64,000 bases of DNA, taken from positions 736,001-800,000 of the forward strand of contig CAWFAK010000005.1 of NCBI GenBank assembly GCA_963813715.1, given 5' to 3'. The notes beneath the pieces are model-generated. The model was not told where the DNA came from, made no database searches, and worked only from the letters and a program-made list of their open reading frames with translations. Positions 45,424 to 55,450 of this stretch are shown piece after piece; position 1 is the stretch's first letter; every line of letters begins with the position of its first letter. The stretch is from an uncultured Planctomycetaceae bacterium (GTDB taxonomy: Bacteria > Planctomycetota > Planctomycetia > Planctomycetales > Planctomycetaceae). The translations under genes and the position numbers were made by a program.

Positions 45424-45771
45424 ATGGATCAATTTCAGACCGTCGCCAAAGTCGGCGATATTCCGCCCGGTGAAGGACGCGCCTTTCCGGTCGACGGCAC
45501 AGTGGTGGCCGTCTTCAACGTCGACGGCGAATACACGGCCATCAACGACGTCTGCCCGCACATGGGGGCCTCGCTGGCCGAGGGCTATGTCGAGGGGGTA
45601 TCCGTGACCTGTCCTTGGCATGCCTGGCGGTTCTCAGTCAAGGACGGGTCGTGGCTCGACAATCCCCGCTCGAAGATTGGCAATGCGTGCTACGCCGTGC
45701 GCGTGGTGGGTGATGAAATCCGGGTGCAGGTTTCCAATCCGGCCCCGCCGCCGGCCCCTCCCTCGCCGTGA
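45424..45771 (+). CDS. Rieske 2Fe-2S ferredoxin (NirD / dioxygenase ferredoxin-like)
   Basis: CPHMGASL and CPWHAWRF. Confidence 0.93.
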   Translation: MDQFQTVAKVGDIPPGEGRAFPVDGTVVAVFNVDGEYTAINDVCPHMGASLAEGYVEGVSVTCPWHAWRFSVKDGSWLDNPRSKIGNACYAVRVVGDEIRVQVSNPAPPPAPPSP

Positions 45772-45773
45772 CG

Positions 45774-46454
45774 CTAGAGCGTCTCGACGGGTGCCCCGAG
45801 TCCTGCCGACGTCAAACCGGCGATGAAGGCCCGCTTGCCGCCGTGTGACGGATGGCGTACAGCGGCGAAGCCGTTCAGCCCGAGTCGATGGAGAGCCAAT
45901 TCGGCCGTGCGGCCGACGGCGATCACCGAGTGCGGCGCAAGAAGGTCCAGCAACTGTCGCAGGTAGGCCTGTCCCACGACGAGCTCCGCGGCCGTCGGCG
46001 CGCGGTTCACCTGGGTGGCGGCGCGGGGGTGAAACGGAACGGCGTTCCAGAATGCCGGGACATGGTCGCAATTGTGCAAATGCTGCCAGACGATGCCGGC
46101 CGTACTCTCGGCAGTTAAGCCGCCGACTTTCACGGCGGATTGCAGCGATCGCAGAAAGGGATGCAACCCGGCCCTTAAAAGCCGCTCGTCGGTAAAGGGG
46201 ATTCCCGTGCGGGCACAGCCCCGCTCGCCGGGCGCCTCGCCAATGAGCAGGTGACCGGAGTAAGGCCACGCCAGCAGGGCGGCGAGATAGGTTTCGAGAT
46301 TCTGCCGGCGGTGCCACGAGCGGTACGGATTCCGCAGCGTTTGCGTGCTCGGGAATTCCGCCAGCGCGGAGACAAAACGGCGGATCCGGCGCACGTCGAC
46401 TGACCGGGTGGCGGGCTTCGAAGTTAAAATCCGGTCGCGGGTGAGAACGTCCAT
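45774..46454 (-). CDS. Uracil-DNA glycosylase superfamily protein
   Basis: LIGEAPG.RG...TGIPFT motif 1, WNAVPFHP, NRAPT, IAVG, RHPSHGG motif 2. Confidence 0.85.
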   Translation of the reverse strand: MDVLTRDRILTSKPATRSVDVRRIRRFVSALAEFPSTQTLRNPYRSWHRRQNLETYLAALLAWPYSGHLLIGEAPGERGCARTGIPFTDERLLRAGLHPFLRSLQSAVKVGGLTAESTAGIVWQHLHNCDHVPAFWNAVPFHPRAATQVNRAPTAAELVVGQAYLRQLLDLLAPHSVIAVGRTAELALHRLGLNGFAAVRHPSHGGKRAFIAGLTSAGLGAPVETL

Positions 46455-46617
46455 CACGATTTGCGTGTCACTGTTTCCCGGAATCGCTGGCGTGCCTGAC
46501 ACCGATGCTAGCAGCCCGACGGCGATCTGCTAGAATCCGCGTCCGATTCGGAGCCTGGTCCAACTCCTGGGCGGCCGACGACAGACAACGAACCACGAAC
46601 TGTGATCGTAAACGGCA

Positions 46618-47064
46618 ATGACTTCCGCGGAACCCGACGCGACGATTCGACCGGCCCAGCCGGACGACACTGCGAAGATCGCAGCGTTGATCGCCCCCTT
46701 CGTCGACGCGGGAAGGCTCCTGCCCCGCACCGTCGAAGAGGTCCGGGACCTGGTCGCGACCGGGTTTGTGGCCGTGCGGAACGAGGCGGTGGTGGGCTTT
46801 GCCGCGCTCGAGATCTACTCCAAGAAGCTGGCCGAAATTCGCAGCTTGGCAGTGAGCGAGGACCAGCAGCGACTCGGGCTCGGCTCGCGACTGGTAAAAG
46901 CCTGCGTCGACCTGGCCGCCGCCCGCAATATTCTCGAGGTGATGGTCGTCACCTCGTCGGAGACTTTTTTTCGCGACTGCGGCTTCGACTTCACGCTGCC
47001 CGGCGAGAAAAAGGCCCTCTTCATTCAGCCGTCTACTTCGCAGGCGCGGGCGGACTTGCACTAG
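46618..47064 (+). CDS. Short GNAT, amino-acid N-acetyltransferase (ArgA-like)
   Basis: LLPRT, LAEIRSLAV, GLGSRLV, FFRDCGF. Confidence 0.8.
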   Translation: MTSAEPDATIRPAQPDDTAKIAALIAPFVDAGRLLPRTVEEVRDLVATGFVAVRNEAVVGFAALEIYSKKLAEIRSLAVSEDQQRLGLGSRLVKACVDLAAARNILEVMVVTSSETFFRDCGFDFTLPGEKKALFIQPSTSQARADLH

Positions 47065-47828
47065 GCTTGGCATCGGCGGGCTTCTTCGCTTCGTCGGCCT
47101 TTTTGGCGTCCTCCGGCCGCTTCGCCTCGTCCGGCTTTTTGGCCTCCGGCGGCTTGCCCGGGAGCAGCGTGGCCGTCTTGATCGAGTCGAGGCGGGGGAA
47201 CGCCGCGTTCAGATACGCGTCCCCTTCCTTTTGGATGCGGTCCTGGCTGTTACTCGGCTCTTCGCCGTAGACGGAATAAAGCGAGTCAATCGCATCCATT
47301 CCCGACAAGACAACGCCGAAGGGCGTGAAGCCCTGCGGGTCCAGATTCTGGTTGTCGACGCAGTTGATGAAGACTTGCGTCGTGCGGGAGTTGGGCATCC
47401 CGGTCTTGGCGAACGTCACGTAGCCCCGCGTGTTCGACTTGCGATCCGGATCGCGGCGGTTGAACGTGTCGTCGGGGATGGTGTTTTCACGCCACTTGGC
47501 GCTCTCGTGCCGGATCGCCGTTGAGGCCGAATTGCACCACGAAACCGACCACGCGGAAGAACTTGTTCCGATCGTAGAACCCCCGTTTGACCAAATCGTA
47601 AAAACGGTCGGCCCCGTAGGGGGACCAGGAGCGGTGCACTTCGATGATCACGGGGCCCTTGGTCGTGTCGAGCTTCACCCAGTATTCCGGCGGACACTTG
47701 TCGGGGAGGGAGCCGCTCGTCGTGTCGGCCGACGGAATCGCCGGATCGTGCATCTTGTCGCTGCTCTCGCAGCCAATCATCAGGCTCACGACGGCAACGA
47801 GAGACACCCACTTCGAGACTCGCGACAC
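47033..47828 (-). CDS. Cyclophilin-type peptidyl-prolyl cis-trans isomerase, lipoprotein (indels near 47430-47500)
   Basis: LMIGC lipobox, LDTTKG, FFRVVGFVVQFG, NTRGYVTFAKTG, RTTQVFIN, FTPFG; C-terminal EAKKP-type repeats. Confidence 0.9.
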
Positions 47829-48088
47829 TTTCGTTCCTCCACCAACACGGCCGATGAATCAAGCGCGGTAAGCTGGAACGAGACTGCGAAATCCGATCAA
47901 AGACGCGGTGATCGCAGACTCGCGGCCAGACGCCGCCCTGATTCGTTTATAGAATTCCCCAATCGCGCTCGCCAGTGAATTGGCGTCTGGACGGCCGGCC
48001 GCAGCGGGGTCTTTCCGCGGCCGAACGGACAGCGACCGGCCGTGTGCGGTTGCTTGGGGCGGGAAACGCTCTTGGTTTTTTGGCCGGC

Positions 48089-48097
48089 TGCTACAAT
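48089..48097 (+). promoter_or_regulatory. Putative extended -10 promoter for cutA-thioesterase-SRAP
   Basis: TGcTACAAT followed by ggagg RBS and ATG at 48114. Confidence 0.5.
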
Positions 48098-48113
48098 ACG
48101 GCCGGAGGCAAGG

Positions 48114-48428
48114 ATGGCGGTTTACTTCGTCTACATGACGACTCGGGACGAGGCGGAGGCTTTGGTTATCGGCCGCACACTGGTCGAGGAGCGGCTGGCC
48201 GCCTGCATCAACGTTCTGCCCGCCATGAAGTCGGTTTACTGGTGGGAGGGGGAGCTGGAACAGTCGTCCGAGGCGGTGCTGATCGCCAAAACCCAGCAAG
48301 GCCTCGTCCCCCAATTGATCGAACGCGTGAAGCGGCTGCACGGCTACACCTGCCCGTGCATCGTGGCCTGGCCTGTCGAGACCGGCCATCAGCCCTACCT
48401 CGATTGGATCGCGAAGGAAACTCGCTGA
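48114..48428 (+). CDS. cutA: Divalent-cation tolerance protein CutA
   Basis: LVEERLAACIN, SVYWWEG, KT, LHGYTCPCI, YLDWI. Confidence 0.95.
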   Translation: MAVYFVYMTTRDEAEALVIGRTLVEERLAACINVLPAMKSVYWWEGELEQSSEAVLIAKTQQGLVPQLIERVKRLHGYTCPCIVAWPVETGHQPYLDWIAKETR

Positions 48429-48430
48429 CG

Positions 48431-48856
48431 ATGGTGCCGATCTTCGCCCACAAGCATGTCGTGCTCCCGGAAGAGATCGATACGCTGGGGCACGTCAACA
48501 ACTTGAACTATCTCAAGTGGATGATCGCCGCGGCTGTCGGGCATTCGACGGCCAACGGCTGGCCGCCGGAACGCTATCGCGAGGTTCAATCGGCCTTCAT
48601 CGTGCGGTCGCACCACATCGATTACCTGCAGCCGGCCTTCGTGGACGAAGAGGTGGTGGTTCAGACGTGGGTCGCCAGCTTCAACAAAGTCACGTGCGTC
48701 CGCAGATACAAAGCCACGCGGCCGAAAGACGGCGTCGTGCTGGCGACGGGCGAAACGGGCTGGGCCTTTCTCGGGCTCAATCCCTATCAGCCGCGGCGGA
48801 TTCCACCCGAGCTGCTCTCGGCGTTCGTGCTCGTTCCCCCGACGGAGGAACCGTGA
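48431..48856 (+). CDS. Acyl-CoA thioesterase (4HBT/YbgC hot-dog fold)
   Basis: EIDTLGHVNNLNYLKW, HHIDYLQPA, PRRIP. Confidence 0.92.
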   Translation: MVPIFAHKHVVLPEEIDTLGHVNNLNYLKWMIAAAVGHSTANGWPPERYREVQSAFIVRSHHIDYLQPAFVDEEVVVQTWVASFNKVTCVRRYKATRPKDGVVLATGETGWAFLGLNPYQPRRIPPELLSAFVLVPPTEEP

Positions 48857-49540
48857 ATGTGCGGACGATTCACGCTGCGGACGCCGGCGGCCGACCTGGT
48901 CGAGATCTTTGAGGTCATCCGCAGCTTCGAGCTGACGCCCCGCTACAACATCGCTCCCACACAGGACGTGCTGGCGATTCGCGAAACCGAGGGCCGGCGC
49001 GAAATGGTCGAAATGCGTTGGGGACTGTTGCTCTCGTCGTCGGAGGCCAAGAGCGGTCCGCCGATGATCAACGCTCGCTCGGAGACGGCCGCTACCCGGC
49101 CCGCTTTTCGTCATGCGTTTCGGTCGCGCCGCTGCCTGATCCCTGCGGACGGCTTTTACGAGTGGCAGCCGACCGACGAGGGGGGCAAGCAGCCCTTCCT
49201 GATCACGCTGCGGGACGAACGGCCCTTCGCCTTCGCCGGGCTGTGGGAGCGTTGCCGCGGACCGGACGACGCGACGATCGAATCGTGCACGATTCTGACA
49301 ACGGAGGCGAACGACCGGCTGCGGGAACTGCACGACCGCATGCCCGTGATCCTGCCCCGGGACCACTATGGTCCGTGGCTCGATCCGCACATCGAGGACG
49401 TGCGGGCTTTGCAGACCCTGCTGACGTCCTACCCCAGCGCCGAGATGAAATTTCGCCCGGTCAGCCGACGGGTGAACAGTGCCCGCAACGACGACGCGGC
49501 GTGCATCCAGCCGGCCGAAAGCCCGAAGACCCTGTTCTGA
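48857..49540 (+). CDS. SOS response-associated peptidase (SRAP, YedK/HMCES family)
   Basis: MCGRF, RYNIAPTQ, INARSET, RCLIPADGFYEW, HDRMPVIL. Confidence 0.96.
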   Translation: MCGRFTLRTPAADLVEIFEVIRSFELTPRYNIAPTQDVLAIRETEGRREMVEMRWGLLLSSSEAKSGPPMINARSETAATRPAFRHAFRSRRCLIPADGFYEWQPTDEGGKQPFLITLRDERPFAFAGLWERCRGPDDATIESCTILTTEANDRLRELHDRMPVILPRDHYGPWLDPHIEDVRALQTLLTSYPSAEMKFRPVSRRVNSARNDDAACIQPAESPKTLF

Positions 49541-49573
49541 ACAGCGCCGGGGGCAGCCGCCTCGGAGTGCGGC

Positions 49574-49873
49574 CTAAGCGAACTCCAGCGGATTTCGGCT
49601 CGGTCCGAGGTTCAGCTCAGGAGGGACGGGCAGCGTCGGGACCAGCGGCACGTAACGGGCGGCCGCCGGGGCGGGTTCCATATCGGCCAGCTCGACGTCG
49701 CGGCAGCGCATCTCGGCCAGCACAACCGGATGCCACGAGGCGGGTCGCCGGTCGGGAGAGACGTAGTTCAAGCGGGCCCAGCGGCGGAGGCGCAGCTCCG
49801 AGGCTAAATCGAGTCGCGAGACTTCCACGGTTGCTCCTTTCCAGCAAGAACTGAACAGCCGCACGCTGCTCAT
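49574..49873 (-). CDS. Small hypothetical protein, paralogue of 14120-14299
   Basis: LDLASELRLRRWARLNYVSPDRRPASWHPVVLAEMRCRDVE core plus Pro-rich tail; start uncertain. Confidence 0.8.
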   Translation of the reverse strand: MSSVRLFSSCWKGATVEVSRLDLASELRLRRWARLNYVSPDRRPASWHPVVLAEMRCRDVELADMEPAPAAARYVPLVPTLPVPPELNLGPSRNPLEFA

Positions 49874-50098
49874 CTTCCATCGGCGTTTTTTGCAGGTTGG
49901 CGACAGGCCGACCGTTTGTCGCGGGCCGTTGCGTACCACCCCTGCGGTCCCCGTGCCTGCCATACGTGTGTTGCCGAATTGACGCCCATACTGGGCTGGG
50001 CCTCATCGGTCGAGTAGGATGAATGTGCCTCTTGTGAGGCGCCATCCCCCGCCAGGCCTCCCCCCGAATCCCTCGAACGAGCGCTCGTTCGCACCGCC

Positions 50099-52540
50099 AT
50101 GAACTCACGATTCCTCCGACCGGCCATTCTGCTGCGCGGCTCGTGCGCGATTGCCGCCCTGGGTCCCGGCGCAGTCTGGGCGGGTGCGCCGCCGGCTCAG
50201 GCCAGCGTGCCCGCCGTGATCGAATTCAACCGGGACGTTCGGCCCATCCTGTCGGACCGGTGTTACGCCTGCCACGGCCCCGACAAGAACAAGCGTAAAG
50301 CCGACCTGCGGCTCGACACCCGCGACGGCCTGCTTGGCACAACCGGCAAACCCGGCGTCGTTGTGGCCCGGCAAGCCCGACGAGAGCGAGCTCTGGCGGC
50401 GGATCAGCTCCAACTCGGCCGACGAACGCATGCCGCCCCCTGCCTTCGCCAAGGGGCTCTCCGACGTCGATCGGCAGGTGCTTCGGCGCTGGATTGCGCA
50501 GGGTGCGAAATGGGAGGGGCACTGGGCCTTTTTGCCGATCGGCCGCCCGCAGCCGCCGGCCGTCGATCCGAGCCTCAAGCCCAAAAACCCGATCGACCAG
50601 TTCATCCTGCAGGCGCTCGGCGAACATCATCTCACCCCCTCGCCGCAGGCCGACCCGATCACGCTGATGCGACGGCTGCGATTCGACCTCACCGGTTTGC
50701 CGCCGTCGGTTGCCGAGGTGGATGCGTTCGCGGCCGACCCGAGCGATCAGGCGTACGAACGGGTTGTCGATCGCCTGCTGGCTTCGCCCGAGTTCGGCGA
50801 GCGGATGTCGATGTGGTGGCTCGACCTGGTTCGTTATGCCGACAGCGTGGGCTATCACGGCGATCAGCCGATGAGCGTCTATCCATTCCGCGATTACGTG
50901 ATCAAGTCGTTCAACGAGAACAAGCCGTTCGACCGCTTCACCATCGAGCAACTGGCCGGCGACCTGCTCCCCGCGCCGACGGTCGAAGACAAGGTGGCCT
51001 CGGGCTACAACCGCCTGGGCATGATGAGCGCCGAAGGGGGGGTGCAGCCCAAGGAGTATCTCTCCAAGTACATCGCCGAGCGGGTCCGCAACGTCAGCGG
51101 TGCGTGGCTCGGCGTGACCTTCGGCTGTTGCGAGTGTCACAATCACAAGTACGACCCCTTCACGCAGCGCGACTTCTATTCGCTGGAGGCGTTTTTCGCC
51201 GACATCGAAGAGCGCGGACTCTATTCGGGGGCCGACCACGACGGAAGCTGGGGTCCGCGCATCAAGTTGCCGACGCCAGCCCAAGAGCGCGAGCGACAAC
51301 GCCTGGCGCGCGAGATCGCGGCCCAACGGAAGATCGTCGAAACTCCACCTGCCGGCGATGCGGCCCAGCAGGCCAAGCAAGAAGCCGCGGTCGCGGAGGC
51401 GCGGAACAAACTGGCGGCACTCGAGGCCGAGTCGAAGCAGCTCGAGTCGCACATTCCCAGCACGCTGATGACGGTTTCGGTTACACCGCGTACGATTCGC
51501 GTGCTGGGCCGCGGCAATTGGATGGATGAAACGGGGGCCGTCGTTCAACCGGCGTTTCCGGGAGTCCTCGCACATCCCAAGCCGCGCGAAGAGCGCCTGA
51601 CGCGGTTGGATTTGGCCCGCTGGTTGACTTCGCAGGAAAACCCGCTCACCGCGAGAGTCTTCGTCAATCGCATGTGGAAGTTGTTTCTCGGCGCCGGTCT
51701 GTCGCGCAAGCTCGACGACCAGGGATCGCAGGGCGATTGGCCCAGCCATCCTCACCTGCTCGACTGGCTGGCCGGCCAGTTCGTGGATTCGGGCTGGGAC
51801 GTCAAACACACGATCAAGCTGATTGTGATGTCGGGGACCTACCGGCAATCGTCCGCCCAGCGTGCCGACCTCGCCGAGATCGATCCCGACAACCGTTGGC
51901 TCGCCCGGCAGGGACGTTTTCGTCTCGATGCCGAAATGGTTCGCGACAGCGCGCTCAAACTGGCCGGCTTGCTGTCGGAGAAGGTCGGCGGACCCAGCGT
52001 GAAGCCGTACCAGCCGCGGGGCTACTGGGCTTATCTCAACTTTCCGCCGCGCGAGTGGCAGAACGGCACGGGGAACGAACTGTATCGTCGCTCGCTTTAC
52101 ACGCATTGGCAGCGGCAATACCTGCATCCGGCCATGCTCGCCTTCGACGCCCCCGGCCGCGAAGAGTGCACGGCCGATCGCCGCGCTCGAACACGCCGTT
52201 GCAGTCACTCGTGCTGATGAACGATCCGGAATTCGTCGAGGCGGCCCGCACCTTTGCGGAACTCTCGCTTATCAAAGGTGGAAAGACGACCGACGAACGT
52301 TTGAATTGGGCCTTCCGCCGCGCCGTCTCGCGGTGGCCGGCTGACGCCGAGCGGGCCGTGCTCGCCCGGCTGCTGGACGCGCACGCGGCCGAATATGCAA
52401 AGGACAAAGAGGCCGCGGACCGCCTGCTGGCGATCGGCGCACATCCCGTCGCGTCGGGCGTCGACCGCAGCGCCCTGGCTGCCTGGACCAGCGTCTGCCG
52501 CACCCTGCTCAACCTGCACGAGGCGATTACCCGGAATTAA
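50099..52540 (+). CDS. PSD1 and planctomycete cytochrome c domain protein (PSCyt1/DUF1549/DUF1553), two indels
   Basis: [77 protein letters not shown]. Confidence 0.92.
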
Positions 52541-52581
52541 AGGGACCGGGCCAAATCGGCCCGAGCCCGGGACACTGCCCG

Positions 52582-54015
52582 ATGTTTTTTCCGCCTCAAA
52601 TTGGACGCCGCGCCTTTGTGGCCAACGCCGGTCTGAGCCTTGGCTCGATGGCGCTCGGCGCGTTGCTGGGAGCACCCAAGGCCGCAGCCCAAGGCCAAAC
52701 GGTCAAGTCGGCCCGCTGGGCGGGTAGTCTCGCCAATCCGCATTTCGTGCCGAAAGCCAAGCGGATCATCTGGCTCTACATGGCTGGCGGGATGAGTCAT
52801 CTCGACACGTTCGATCACAAGCCGCTCCTGGAAAAGCTCGCCGAACAGCCGATGCCCGCGTCAGTCACGAAGGGGCAACAGATCGCCCAGTTGCAAGGGG
52901 CGAAGCTGCGGGTCTTTCCGCCGCAGCACCGCTTTCGCAAGTGGGGCGATTCGGGACAGTCGATCAGCGTAATCTGGCCCCAGCTGGCCTCGAAGTGCGC
53001 CGACGACATGTGCATCGTCCGCTCGCTGTTCACCGACGCCATCAACCACGACCCGGCTCACACCTTCATGAACACGGGCTCGATGGTCGCCGGCCGGCCG
53101 GCCATGGGCTCGTGGCTCTGGTATGGACTGGGGAACGACGCCCAGTCGCTCCCCGGCTTCGTCGTCATGGTTTCGACGGGCAACTACGGACAAAAGCAGC
53201 CCATCGCCGCCCGGCAGTGGCACTCGGGCTTTTTGCCCAGCCGTTTCCAGGGCGTCGAATTCCACAGCGCGGGCGATCCGGTGCTTTATGTGCGCAGTCC
53301 CGACGGCATCACGGCCGAGCGGCAGCGCGATTTCGTCGACGCGGTCGAGTCGCTCAACACGCTGCGAAACGCCGCCGCGCCCGATCCGGAAATCGCCACG
53401 CGCATCAGCCAGTACGAGATGGCCTTCCAGATGCAGACCAGCATTCCCGAGCTGATGGACGTCCGCAACGAGCCCAAGCACATCCTCGACCTGTACGGCA
53501 CGCAGGGGGGCGACGGCACGTTCGCCGCCAACTGTCTACTGGCCCGCCGCCTGGCCGAGCGGGGCGTTCGCTTCATTCAGCTCTATCATCGCGACTGGGA
53601 CCATCACGGCGTTTTGAAAGAGCACATCAAGGGAACGGCGGCCGAGGTCGATCGGGGGGCGGCCGCCTTGCTCATCGATCTCAAGCAGCGGGGCATGCTC
53701 GACGACACGATCGTCGTCTTCGGCTCCGAGTTCGGCCGCACGCCGATGGCTCAGGGCAGCGGACGCGACCATCACCTGGCCGGCTTCACGATGTGGTTTG
53801 CCGGCGGCGGCTTCAAGCCGGGCTTCGCCTACGGGGCGACCGACGAGTTCGGCTACCACGCCGCCGAAAACCGCACCTCGGTCCACGACATTCACGCCAC
53901 GCTGCTGGCCCAAATGGGCATCGACCACATGCATTTCACGATTAAAAGCCAGGGACTCGACGCGAAGCTGACGGGCGTCGAGCCGTGCCGCGTGGTGAAA
54001 GAAATCTTGAGCTGA
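52582..54015 (+). CDS. DUF1501 protein (Tat-exported, sulfatase-like)
   Basis: GRRAF, HFVPKAKRIIWLYMAGGMSHLDTFD, RRLAERGVRFIQLY, EFGRTP, GRDHH. Confidence 0.93.
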   Translation: MFFPPQIGRRAFVANAGLSLGSMALGALLGAPKAAAQGQTVKSARWAGSLANPHFVPKAKRIIWLYMAGGMSHLDTFDHKPLLEKLAEQPMPASVTKGQQIAQLQGAKLRVFPPQHRFRKWGDSGQSISVIWPQLASKCADDMCIVRSLFTDAINHDPAHTFMNTGSMVAGRPAMGSWLWYGLGNDAQSLPGFVVMVSTGNYGQKQPIAARQWHSGFLPSRFQGVEFHSAGDPVLYVRSPDGITAERQRDFVDAVESLNTLRNAAAPDPEIATRISQYEMAFQMQTSIPELMDVRNEPKHILDLYGTQGGDGTFAANCLLARRLAERGVRFIQLYHRDWDHHGVLKEHIKGTAAEVDRGAAALLIDLKQRGMLDDTIVVFGSEFGRTPMAQGSGRDHHLAGFTMWFAGGGFKPGFAYGATDEFGYHAAENRTSVHDIHATLLAQMGIDHMHFTIKSQGLDAKLTGVEPCRVVKEILS

Positions 54016-54029
54016 GGCGTGGGCTCGCT

Positions 54030-55313
54030 GTGTGGTCCCGCATCCTGCGCGGTCTGGAGGGCGATCCCGGTCGAGCCGGACCGGCGGCCTCTCTGCTCGG
54101 TCGCGTGGCCGCGGCCAGCCTGCTCATCCTGATGACGGCCACGTGGCAGCTCTGGTCGGTAACAACCTTCCCACGAGTGCCGCTCGTTGGAGCGTTGCTC
54201 CGGCTGCCTGGCTGGGTCGAATGGACGGCCCTTGCCGCATTCGCTGCGGCGCAGCCGGTTGCGTTGATCTGGGGATTCGACCGCCGCGCCGGGCGGCGAG
54301 GGGTCGCGATCTCCGTGCTGGCGCTGGGAGTGCTCGTGCTCGCCGACCAGCATCGGCTGCAGCCCTGGGTGTATCAGCTCCTTGTGCTCGAGATTGTGCT
54401 GGCCGGGTTGCCCGCGGCTGAGGCCATCGCCGTGGCGCGACTGCTGGTGGCCAGCATCTATTTTTACTCGGCCTTGTCCAAGCTCGACCGGTCGTTTTTC
54501 GAATCGGGCGGCGGCCAGATTGTCGACGGGCTGCTCGAATCGCTGCGACTGACCGGCTCGGTGACTGACGGCAATCGCGCGGTACTGGCCGGCATCGTGG
54601 TGTTGGGCGAATTGCTGGTGGCCCTCGGCCTGTGTTGGCGACGGGCTCGCAGGTACGCCTGGCTTGCGTCGATCGCCTTGCATGCGCTGCTCCTGTTGGC
54701 TTTGGGACCTTTGGGTGCAGGCAACAAGCCGGGCGTCTTGCTGTGGAATCTCTATTTCATTGCACAGAACGTGATTCTCTTCGGCTGGGCGGGCGAATTG
54801 TCTGTCGGCGAGCAGGCAACGGCAACGGCGTCGCAACAGGGTCACGAGGGAATCGCGCGATGGGCGATTCGTGGGTTGGCGCTATTCGTTCTCCTGTTCC
54901 CGCTGACGGAGCCGTTGGGCATTTGCGACGTGTGGCCGGCGTGGGCTGTGTACGCGACCGGTCCGGAACGGGCGCGGGTGTTCGTGGCGGCCGCCGATCG
55001 CGGCAAACTGCCGGAGGCTGCTCGTGACTATCTCCAGCCGCCCCGCTTTGAGGACGACCTTTGCCTGCTACGGATTGATCGCTGGTCGCTCGATGCGAGC
55101 GGCTCTCCGCTTTATCCGCAGAATCGCTTTCGGCTCGGCGTGGCGCTGGCGATCGACGCAACGGCCGCGATCGGCGACGGCCTCGTGGTGGAACTGGACG
55201 GGCCGGCCGACCGATTCACAGGAAAGCGGACTTCGCGGAGACTCCAGGGCCGGGTCGCCATCGCTGTTGAATTGGAACGCGATTGGCTCAACGGGTTTCC
55301 CCGCGAACACTAA
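54030..55313 (+). CDS. Polytopic membrane protein (HTTM/DoxX-like)
   Basis: DQHRLQPWVYQ, SIYFYSALSKL, GVLLWN; many hydrophobic segments; family call is tentative. Confidence 0.65.
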   Translation: MWSRILRGLEGDPGRAGPAASLLGRVAAASLLILMTATWQLWSVTTFPRVPLVGALLRLPGWVEWTALAAFAAAQPVALIWGFDRRAGRRGVAISVLALGVLVLADQHRLQPWVYQLLVLEIVLAGLPAAEAIAVARLLVASIYFYSALSKLDRSFFESGGGQIVDGLLESLRLTGSVTDGNRAVLAGIVVLGELLVALGLCWRRARRYAWLASIALHALLLLALGPLGAGNKPGVLLWNLYFIAQNVILFGWAGELSVGEQATATASQQGHEGIARWAIRGLALFVLLFPLTEPLGICDVWPAWAVYATGPERARVFVAAADRGKLPEAARDYLQPPRFEDDLCLLRIDRWSLDASGSPLYPQNRFRLGVALAIDATAAIGDGLVVELDGPADRFTGKRTSRRLQGRVAIAVELERDWLNGFPREH

Positions 55314-55450
55314 GAGTGATTCATTCACAAGCCAGGGTCTCGGTGCAGCGAGGCCATTCTCGGCAGCCAAGCGGGCTGTTAAATTTGAACTGTGGCCGTT
55401 GCCGCCAGCGCGCGTGACCCAGTTTCAGCCGTTTCGAGTCAGGTGCACCG

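Noticed and set aside
47070..47155. 18-bp DNA repeat as a mobile or regulatory element
   Set aside because: It encodes the EAKKP-type low-complexity tail of the cyclophilin
50226..52208. Long antisense and alternative-frame ORFs (e.g. 50226-52208, 55439-57319, 8653-9930, 740-1531)
   Set aside because: Shadow ORFs of well-supported genes in high-GC DNA, with no recognisable motifs
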